Assembly: GCF_035084215.1 (NCBI RefSeq) | Contig: NC_090357.1 | Span: 806,001 to 870,000, forward strand | Source: Heptranchias perlo | Taxonomy: Eukaryota | DNA length: 64,000 bases | Direction of reading: 5' to 3' | Shown here: in pieces, positions 1 through 10,300 of the stretch | How the letters are laid out: each line of letters begins with the position of its first letter | Position numbering within the stretch: the stretch's first letter is position 1 | Program-made: the position numbers and the translations under genes | The notes under the pieces: generated by a model | What the model saw: the letters and a program-made list of their open reading frames with translations, nothing else | The model's database searches: none | Told to the model about the DNA's origin: nothing

Positions 1-399
1 AGAACAAAAGGAAAGGTCTGTGATAGGGCGGAGGGCACGAGAGATTAAATAGAACTGAGGATCAGGACAACTCTGAAATAGAGTGAGTCGGTGCTGCTGT
101 GATAGGCTGGTGTCCAGAGTGGAATTGCTCTTCAAGGGCCGCCCACAGCCCATGACTGTGGTGGCTGTAGATCATACTCTGTAGCTACTGGTCTCAGCCA
201 TCGAGCCCATTACAACTGCTGCCTTAGAGAGAGGGAGGGAGGCTCTCAATCACAGGGGGTGGGTTCAGTGATATGAGATAATCTCTGAGAAACAGTCATC
301 GTCCAATATAACAAATAACAAGTTGATTCAAACCAACTCTATTGAGCAAATAATCAGAGCAAATTCACAACTCTGTTTATTGCTTTCAAATGCTGTCCT

Positions 400-620
400 T
401 CTCCATCTGTATCTCCCCCATCTGTATCTCCCCCAACTGTATCTCCCCCATCTGTATCTCCCGTAACTGTCCCTCCCTCAACTGTCTCTCCCTCAACTGT
501 CTCTCCCTCAACTGTATCTCCCCCAACTGCATCTCCCCCATCTCTATCTCCCCCATCTGTATCTCCCCCATCTGTATCTCCCCCATCTGTATCTCCCCCA
601 TCTGTATCTCCCCCATCTGT
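400..620. repeat. 15-bp minisatellite (CCCCCATCTGTATCT)n, inverted member of the GAGAGACAGWTGGGG family
   Basis: Direct tandem 15-mers; the reverse complement resembles the satellites at 21380-21960 and 34190-34555. Confidence 0.9.
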
Positions 621-1200
621 ACAAACTTTTTCCCTTTCTAATTGGATCTTAAACTTTATCATATTATGATCACTACTCCCAAGGTGCTCCCCCGCCCTGA
701 TCGATTTAATTACATGTGACTAGATCCAGCAACCTCTCTCCACCTATAGGCATGGGGTTAGATGGAGTAGGGAGGGAGGAGGCGAGGGTGGGGCCTAAAT
801 GCCGGCATTGGCCAGTTGGGCCGAATGGCCTGTTTCTGTACTGTAGATTCGATGTAATTCTGTGTAACACACTGCTCGCAGAGGGAGTCCGCACACATTT
901 AGGAATTCCATCCCTCTTTCTCCATTTGCTCCCTCCCGGCTCCAATCAATGAGTGGGTAATTAAAATCGCCACCCAGGATAATTTTGTTATTTCTGCTAA
1001 TTTTCCTGATCTATCGACAGATTTCCACGTTTGTTTCCCTCCCACAGTTAGAGGGTCTGTCGTACCCCAGTAATGTAACAATCCCTTTTTATCTCTGATC
1101 TCTAACCACAGTAACCCTGTGTGAATCTCCTTTTTATGTACCTCGGCCCTCTCTACAATGTGTATTCGCTCCTGCACCAATATCGTCTCCTCCTCCTTCC
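620..1200 (-). mobile_element. Degenerate CR1 endonuclease-region fragments, with a plus-strand CR1 3' end at ~740-860
   Basis: Minus-strand translation resembles a CR1 APE segment (LWLEIRDKKG); GGGCCGAATGGCCTGTTTCTG 3'UTR motif on the plus strand. Confidence 0.55.
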
Positions 1201-1209
1201 TTATCTATT

Positions 1210-2285
1210 TGGTGTCACTCTTACCCCTCAGTCAGAAGGTCATAAGTTCAAGGCTCCACTCCAGAGACGAGAGCCCCATAACCCAGGCCGACATTCCAGT
1301 GCAGTGCTGAGGGAGTGCCGCACTGTCAGAGGGTCAGTGCTGAGGGAGTGCTGCCCTGTCGGAGGGTCAGTACTGAGGGAGTGCTGCCCTGTCGGAGGGT
1401 CAGTACTGAGGGAGCGCCGCACTGTCGGAGGGTCAGTACTGAGGGAGTGCTGCCCTGTCGGAGGGTCAGTACTGAGGGAGCGCCGCACTGTCGGAGGGTC
1501 AGTACAGAGGGAGCGCTGCACTGTCGGAGGGTCAGTGCTGAGGGAGCGCTGCACTGTCGGAGGGTCAGTGCTGAGGGAGTGCTGCACTGTCGGAGGGTCA
1601 GTACTGAGGGAGTGCTGCCCTGTCGGAGGGTCAGTACTGAGGGAGCGCCGCACTGTCGGAGGGTCAGTACTGAGGGAGTGCTGCCCTGTCGGAGGGTCAG
1701 TACTGAGGGAGCGCCGCACTGTCGGAGGGTCAGTACAGAGGGAGCGCTGCACTGTCGGAGGGTCAGTGCTGAGGGAGCGCTGCACTGTCGGAGGGTCAGT
1801 GCTGAGGGAGTGCTGCACTGTCGGAGGGTCAGTACGGAGGGAGTGCTGCCCTGTCGGAGGGTCAGTGCTGAGGGAGTGCTGCCCTGTCGGAGGGTCAGTG
1901 CTGAGGGAGTGCTGCACTGTCGGAGGGTCAGTACTGAGGGAGCACTGCACTGTCGGAGGGTCAGTACGGAGGGAGTGCTGCCCTGTCGGAGGGTCAGTGC
2001 TGAGGGAGTGCTGCACTGTCGGAGGGTCAGTGCTGAGGGAGTGCTGCACTGTCGGAGGGTCAGTACGGAGGGAGTGCTGCCCTGTCGGAGGGTCAGTGCT
2101 GAGGGAGTGCTGCACTGTCGGAGGGTCAGTGCTGAGGGAGTGCTGCACTGTCAGAGGGTCAGTACTGAGGGAGTGCTGCCCTGTCGGAGGGTCAGTACTG
2201 AGGGAGCGCTGCACTGTCCGAGGGTCAGTATTGAGGGAGTGCTGCACTGTCGGAGGGTCAGTACTGAGGGAGCGCCGCACTGTCA
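1210..2285 (+). repeat. tRNA-derived Deu-type SINE head expanded into a 33-bp minisatellite (~30 copies)
   Basis: B-box-like GTTCAAGGC near 1246, followed by the Deu-domain-like CCAGTGCAGTGCTGAGGGAGTG, then tandem TCAGTACTGAGGGAGTGCTGCMCTGTCGGAGGG units from ~1300 to 2285. The repeat is seen directly; the SINE family is recalled. Confidence 0.8.
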
Positions 2286-2325
2286 GAGAGGAGAGTGGGA
2301 GGGGAAGGGAGGGGGGAGGGGGAGT

Positions 2326-3903
2326 TTTTTTATTATTCGTTCATGGGATGTGGGCGTCGCTGGCGAGGCCGGCATTTATTGCCCATCCCTAATTTCCCTC
2401 GAGAAGGTGGTGGTGAGCCGCCTTCTTGAACCGCTGCAGTCCGTGTGGTGAAGGTTCTCCCACAGTGCTGTTAGGAAGGGAGTTCCAGGATTTTGACCCA
2501 GCGACAATGAAGGAACGGCGATATATTTCCAAGTCGGGATGGTGTGTGACTTGGAGGGGAACGTGCAGGTGGTGTTGTTCCCATGTGCCTGCTGCCCTTG
2601 TCCTTCTAGGTGGTAGAGGTCGCGGGTTTGGGAGGTGCTGTCGAAGAAGCCTTGGCGAGTTGCTGCAGTGCATCCTGTGGATGGTACACACTGCAGCCAC
2701 AGTGCACCGGTGGTGAAGGGAGTGAATGTTTAGGGTGGTGGATGGGGTGCCAATCAAGCAGGCTGCTTTGTCCTGGATAGTGTCGAGCTTCTTGAGTGTT
2801 GTTGGAGCTGCATTCATCCAGGCAAGTGGAGAGTATTCCATCACACTCCTGACTTGTGCCTTGTAGATGGTGGAAAGGCTTTGGGGAGTCAGGAGGTGAG
2901 TCACTCGCTGCAGAATACCCAGCCTCTGACCTGCTCTTGTAGCCATAGTATTTATATGGCTGGTCCAGTTAAGTTTCTGGTCAATGGTGACCCCCAGGAT
3001 GTTGATGGTGGGGGATTCGACGATGGTAATGCCGTTGAATGTCAAGGGGAGGTGATTAGACTCTCTCTTGTTGGAGATGGTCATTGCCTGGCATTTGTCT
3101 AACGCGAATGTTACTTGCCACTTATGAGCCCAAGCCTGGATGTTGTCCAGGTCTTGCTGCATGCAGGCTCGGACTGCTTCATTATTTGAGGGGTTGCGAA
3201 TGGAACTGAACACTGTGCAGTCATCAGCGAACATCCCCATTTCTGACCTTATGATGGAGGGAAGGTCATTGATGAAGCAGCTGAAGATGGTTGGGCCTAG
3301 GACACTGCCCTGAGGAACTCCTGCAGCAATGTCCTGGGGCTGAGATGATTGGCCTCCAACAACCACTACCATCTTCCTTTGTGCGAGGTATGACTCCAGC
3401 CACTGGAGAGTTTTCCCCCTGATTCCCATTGACTTTAATTTGACTAGGGCTCCTTGGTGCCACACTCGGTCAAATGCTGCCTTGATGTCAAGGGCAGTCA
3501 CTCTCACCTCACCTCTGGAATTCAGCTTTTTTGTCCATTTTTGGACCAAGGCTGTAATGAGGTCTGGAGCCGAGTGGTCCTGGCGGAACCCAAACTGAGC
3601 ATCGGTGAGCAGGTTATTGGTGAGTAAGTGCCGCTTGATAGCACTGTCGATGACACCTTCCATCACTTTGCTGATGATTGAGAGTAGACTGATGGGGCGG
3701 TAATTGGCCGGATTGGATTTGTCCTGCTTTTTGTGGACAGGACATACCTGGGCAATTTTCCACATTGTCGGGTAGATGCCAGTGTTGTAGCTGTACTGGA
3801 ACAGCTTGGCTAGAGGCGCAGCTAGTTCTGGAGCACAAGTCTTCAGCACTACAGCCGGGATGTTGTCGGGGCCCATAGCCTTTGCTGTATCCAGTGCACT
3901 CAG
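2326..3903 (-). mobile_element. 5'-truncated non-LTR retrotransposon (CR1/L2 group) with an open reverse transcriptase ORF (2389-3876)
   Basis: Motifs NYRPISLL, QFGFR, DIKAAFDRVWH, GVPQGSVLGP and FADD; 3'UTR GGGCAATAAATGCCGGCC... and an A-rich tail at ~2326-2336. Confidence 0.92.
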
Positions 3904-4335
3904 TGGAGAGGGGAGATGGGAGAGGAGTGGGGAGGGGGGAGAGAGGAGGGGGGAGAGGAGAGGGTGTGTGCGCTAAGTGTAACAGGTTGCATGACTAAGG
4001 ATTGGTACCAACAGGATCCAATAGCCCCTCTCGACCCTCCAAAATCAGGATCCTGGATCTGTGCAATGAAGACACCACTGGATCTTCACTAAAGAGGACA
4101 TCACAAACGGTGAAAAAATGAGGAAACATTATCAATTCTAAATTCATTTAAAGATTTCTTGTCCATAATTTGCAGTCCACACTCTAGAATTTTAATTAGT
4201 GATGTTAATATCATTCCTTTCTGCAACAAATAAGTACATTGAAAACAGTTATGATCAAAGACACAGTACTCTGAGCTCAGAAGCGACTCTACAATCCGAG
4301 ACACAGTTATTTCCGAATAACTTTCTATTTTTAAG

Positions 4336-7300
4336 TTAGTTTTGATGGTTCTGGTGAACGTAGTTCCACAAAGTGGTGAGTTGGAACTGAATTGCCCGCC
4401 GAATGCTGTCTGTATACGGGGCAAGTGTCTCTCGCATTTCCTCCGCATTCTGACTGGTCACCTTCTTCTGATAGAACTCTTTGATTCTCTGACTGCTGTT
4501 GAGGTACTCGATGTATGGGCTCAGACTTTGGTTCGTGCTTCCCACACTCTCAGTGAACTTTTCTTTCAGTTTAATGATGTAAGGGGCCAGCTTTAGCAAC
4601 AGAGCTTTCACAGTCTCGTTGACCTTTGCTTGTACCTCCTGAGTGGATGGCACAACCCTGTGGATTATTTCACTAATCTGGACACTTTTAGCGTAGGCAG
4701 CCAGGGTATTGCGAAGCTCCTGGACTTTCTCATCAAACCTGGTGCGGAATTCCTCAGCATCGGCTGTCACCTTCTGCCTGAGCTTGTCCACGTTCTCAGT
4801 GATCTTCTGCTGGGGTTGTTCAACGTATGTAGCCAGAGCTTCCCTCAGGTTCTCTGCGTTGTCTTCCAGTTTGGCCTGAAGCTCTTCAGTGTAGGGAGTC
4901 AACCTCTGGCGGAGCTCTTCAGCGTAAGGTGTCAGCTTCTGATGAAATTCTTCAATGTTCCTGCTGATCTTCTGGTGAACTCCATCAGCAAAAGGAGAAA
5001 GCTTCACCCTCAGGTCTTCCAGCTCCCGCCTGATCTGCTGGCGGAGATTCTCAGCATCTACTGTCATCTTTACACGTAGGTCGTCTACGATGGGAGTCAG
5101 CCTCTGTTGGAGATCCTCAGCGTATCCATTGATGTTCTGCAGGTTATCCTTTATAAGATAACTGGAAAAGCAAACAAGAAAAGGTGATTTATTACATAGA
5201 TGGAATAGGAAAAAATCATTTTGTTTGAGAGCTTTTTGGCCAATGGACTCTTGACTAAGAATGGTTCAGGAACAGAACACAGTGGAGGTCAGGGAGACCA
5301 GAAATGATGAGGACAGTGGTTTATCAGGAAAATAATTGACGTGGGACCACAAAACCAACCATCCCACTGAGCGAGTTCCTGCCACCCGAGTTGGATTGTG
5401 TAACACCAGAGTAATATTGGCCTGTAGTGGCAGGAATGGGTTTATCAAACACCATCGAAAGACGTCCATTTTACACCGATGGACATTTTTTGATGATGTC
5501 ATTCCCTCCTTTTCTGTAATTTTTGATCCTCTTGTTTGAAGCTGAATAGGCCACTGCCCATTGGCTCGCGGGTCACTCTCAATCAGCTGGCCATTGGTTG
5601 ACCGTGAGGTGATGGTTCCCTCTGACTCTCTCGCCTCCCACTCAATGCCCCCTCCCCCGATTCAGTTCAAGGACTCCGCAAAGTGTGATTCCATTCTGTC
5701 TCTATCCCGGCCCCATGGCAGTGGGAATTAACTGGCCAAGTTTTCAATGACGTTTCTTCCTTCGATGTTTTTACTGGACGGCCATTTCTCGCTGTGTCCC
5801 AGGAGGCTGATCTGTACCGATGGCCCCACCTCACTCCCGGTACTCACTTGAGCCGTTGTCCGATTTCCGAGCGCTGGATCTGATCTACACTGTCCTTGGC
5901 GTCATTGGTCAATTGGCTGATGTAATCCCAGAATGCATCTCGAACCTGACCTCCATTGAACTCAGCCCGGGAGCCTATAGGGAGGAAGGAAACGAGCGGA
6001 TCATAAGACCATAAGACCATAAGAGATAGGAGCAGGAGTAGGCCATTCAGCCCTTCGAGCCTGCTCCGCCATCCAATGAGATCATGGCTGATCCGATTTT
6101 TACCTCAACTCCACTTTCCCGCCCTTTCCCCATATCCTTTGACTCCCTTGCTGATCAAAAATTTGTCTAACTCAGCCTTGAATGTATTCAATGACTCAGC
6201 CTCCACAGCTTTTTGGGGTAAAGAATTCCAAAGATTCACAACCCTCTGGGAGAAGAAATTCCTCCTCATTTCCGTCTTAAACGGGCGACGCCTTATTCTG
6301 AGACTATGCCCCTAGTTTTAGATTCCCCCATGAGGGGTAACATCCTCTCAGCATCTACCCTGTCGAGTCTCCTCAGAATCTTGTATGTTTCAATAAGGTC
6401 TCCTCTCATTCTTCTAAACTCCAATGAGTGTAGACCCAACCTGTTCAATCTTTCCTCATGAGACAATCCTTCCATACCCGGAATCAACCTGGTGAACCTT
6501 TTCTGAACTGCCTCCAATGCAAGTATGTCCTTCCTTAAATAAGGGCACCAGAACTGTACGCAGTACTCCAGGTGTGGTCTCACCAGCACCCTGTACAGTT
6601 GTAGCATGACTTCCCTGCTTTTATACTCCATCCCCTAGAAATAAAGGCCAATATTCCTTTTGCCTTCCGGATTACCTGCTGCACCTGTATGTTGACTTTT
6701 TTGTTTCATGTACGAGGACACCCAGATCCCTCTGTACCGCAGCATTTTGTAGTATTTCTCCATTCAAATAATAATATTTTGCTTTTTTATTTTTCCTCCC
6801 AAAGTGGATGACTTCACATTTTCCCACATTATATTCCATCTGCCAAATTTTTGCCCATTCGCTTAACCTGTCAGTATCCCTTTGCAGACACTTTGTGTCC
6901 TCATCACAACTTGCTTTTCCACCTATCTTTGTATCATCAGCAAATTTGGCCACAAGACACTCTGTTCCTTCATCCAAGTCATTGATATATATTGTAAATA
7001 GTTGAGGCCCCAGCACTGAGCCCTGCGGCACCCCACTAGTTACAGATTGCCATTTTGAAAATGACCCTTTTATCCTGACTCTTTGTTTTCTGTTAGTTAG
7101 CCAATCCTCGATCCATGCCAGTATATTACCCCCAACACCATGAGCTCTTATCTTGTGCAGTAATCTTTTATGTGGCACCTTATCGAATGCCTTTTGGAAA
7201 TCCAAATATACTGTGTCCATTGGCTCCCCTTTATCCACCCTGCCCGTTACTACCTCAAAGAACTCGAATAAATTTGTCAGACACGATTTCCCCTTCATAA

Positions 7301-10300
7301 AACCATGTTGACTCTCCTTGATTGTATTTTGAGTCTCCAAATGTCCTGCTACTACTTCCTTAATAATGGATTCTAGCATTTTCCCAATGACAGATGTTAG
7401 GCTAACTGGTCTATAGTTACCCGCTTTCTGTCTCACTCCCTTCTTCAATAGGGGTGTTACGTTTGCGATTTTCCAATCCGCTGGGACCTTTCCAGAATCT
7501 AGTGAATTCTGGAAGATTACAATCAGTGCATCCACTATCTCTGTAGCCACTTCTTTTAAGACCCTCGGATGCAAGCCATCAGGTCCAGGGGACTTGTCAG
7601 CCTTTAGACCCATTAGTTTACCTAGTACTTTTTCTCAGTGATTGTTTGTTTTTAGTTCCTCCCTCCCCTTTGCCCCTTGATTTTCTACTATTATTGGTAT
7701 ATTATTAGTGTCTTCTACTGTGAAGACAGTCACAAAATATCTGTTTCAATGCCTCTGCCATTTCCTTGTTTTCCATTATTATTTCCCCAGTCTCATCCTC
7801 TAAGGGACCAATGTTTACTTTAGCTACCCTCTTCCTTTTTATATACTTGTAGAAGCTTTTACTGTCAGTTTTTATATTTCTTGCTAGTTTACTCTCATAA
7901 TTTATTTTCTCCCTCTTTATTATTCTTTTAGTCATCCTTTGCTGGTTTTTAAAGTTTTCCCAATCTTTGGGCTTACCAGTAATCTTTGCCATGTTGTATG
8001 CTTTTTCTTTTAACCTGATACCATCCTTTACTTCCTTAGTTAGCCATGGTTGGTTCACCCTTTTTGTGGAGTCTTTCCTCCTCACAGGGATATATTTTTA
8101 TTGCGAGTCATAAAATATCTTTTTAACTGTTTGCCACTGCTTATCCACCATCATCCCATCTAATCTGTTTACCCAGTCCACTTTAGCCAATTCCGCCCTC
8201 ATTCCTTTATAATTGCCCTTATTTAAGTTTAATACAGTAGTTTCAGACCCAAGATCCTCGCTCTCAAACTTGATGTGAAATTCTATCATGTTATGATCAC
8301 TGCTTCCCAAGGGATCCTTTACTTTGAGATCATTAATTAATCCTGTTTTGTTACCCATACCAGATCCAAAATGGCCTGTTCCCTGGTTGGTTCCCCGACA
8401 TATTGGTCTAAGAAACAGTCCCTAATACACTCTATGAACTCCTCCTCAGGGCTATTTTTGCCAATTTGATTTGTCCAATCTATGTGAAAGTTAAAATCGC
8501 CCATGATTATTGCATTACCTTTTTTACAAGCCCCCCTTATTTCCTGATTTATATTTTGCCCTGCAGTGTAGCTACTGTTAGGGGGCCTATATACTACTCC
8601 CACCAGTGATTTCTTTCCCTTGCTATTTCTTACCTCCACCCAAATTGATTCGACATCTTGATCTTCTGAGCCAAGATCATTTCTCACTATTATACCAATT
8701 TCATCCTTTATTAACAGAGCTACCCCACCACCTTTACCTCTTTTCCTATCCTTCCAAAATGTTAAATAACCCTGAATATTTAGCTCCCAACCTTGGTCAC
8801 CTTGCAACCACGTCTCTGTAATGGCCACGAGATCATACCCATTTGTTTCTATTTGTGCCGTCAATTCATCTATCTTATTACGAATGCTGTGTGCATTCAG
8901 ATAAAGAACCTTTAATTTTGTCTTTTTACCATTCTTTCCTACCCCGGCCCCGGGGAGGGAGTGATGGGGAGGGGTGACGGGGTGGGGTGACGGTGAGGGC
9001 GTGACAGGGAGGTGTGGGGGGAAGGGGTGATGGGGAGGAGTGACGGGGAGGGGTGACGGGGAGTGAGTGACGGGGAGGGGGTGATTGGGAGGGGGTGATG
9101 GGAAGGGGTGATGGGGAGGGAGGGACGGGGAGGGGGTGACGGGCAGGGGTGACAGGGAGGGAGTGACGGGGATGGGGTGACAGCGGGGGAGTGACGGGAG
9201 GGAGTGACGGGGAGGGGGTGACGGGGAGGGGGTGATGGGAGGGAGTGACGGGGAGGGAGTGACGGGGTTGTGGAGGGGTGTGGGAGGGGGTGATAGGGAG
9301 GAGTGACTGGGAGGGGGTGATGGGGGAGGTGTGGGGGAGGGGTGACGGGGTGGGAGTGACGAGGAGGGGGTGACGGGGAGGGGTGACGGGGAGGTGGTGA
9401 CAGGGAGGGAGTGACGGGGAGGGGGGTGACGGGGAGGGGACGATGGGGAAGGGTGTTGGGGAGGTGTGAGAGGGGTGATGGGGCGGAGGTGACGGGGAGG
9501 GGGTGACGGGGAGGGGGTGACGGGGAGGGGGGTGATGGGGAGGGGGGTGACGGGGAGGGGGTGATGGGGAGGGGGGTGACGGGGAGTGGGTGACTGGGAG
9601 GGGACGATGGGGAGGGGTGACGGGGAGGGAGTGACGGGGAGGGGGTGACGGGGAGGGAGTGACGGGGAGGGGGTGACGGGGGAGGGGGTGATGGGGGAGG
9701 GGGTGACGGGGAGGGGGTGATGGGGAGGGGGGTGACGGGGAGTGGGTGACTGGGGAGGGGGGACGATGGGGAGGGGTGACGGGGGAGGGAGTGACGGGGA
9801 GAGGGTGATGGGGAGGGGGTGACGGGGAGGGGTGACAGGGAGGGAGTGACGGGGAGGGGGGGGACGGGGGAGGGGACGATGGGGAGGGGTGTTGGGGAGG
9901 TGTGAGAGGTGTGATGGGGCGGAGGTGACGGGGAGGGGGGTGACGGGGAGGGAGTGACGGGGAGGGGTGACGGGGAGGGAAGGTGACGGGGAGGGAGTGA
10001 CGGGGAGGTGTGGGGGAAGGAGTGACGGGGAGGGAGTGACGGGGAGGGGGTGACGGGGAGGGGGTGATGGGGAGGGGGGTGACGGGGAGTGGGTGACTGG
10101 GAGGGGACGATGGGGAGGAGTGACGGGGAGCGAGTGACGGGGAGGGGGGTGATGGGGAGGGGGTGACGGGGGAGGGGGTGACAGGGAGGGGAGTGACGGG
10201 GAGGGGGGGTGACGGGGAGAGGACGATGGGGGAGGGGTGTTGGGGAGGTGTGAGAGGGGTGATGGGGCGGAGGTGACGGGGAGGGGGGTGACGGGGAGGG

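Noticed and set aside
1300-2285. CRISPR-like appearance of the 33-bp and other regular repeats
   Set aside because: Units are contiguous with no unique spacers, there are no cas genes, and the context is eukaryotic.
1121-2451. 423-, 378- and 346-aa ORFs with 11-aa Cys-rich repeats
   Set aside because: Products of the 33-bp SINE-derived minisatellite, open in several frames on both strands.
2389-3876. Stand-alone RT as a domesticated gene or a retron/DGR-like system
   Set aside because: It has a LINE 3'UTR and tail, a 5' truncation and related fragments elsewhere in the window: an ordinary non-LTR retrotransposon copy.
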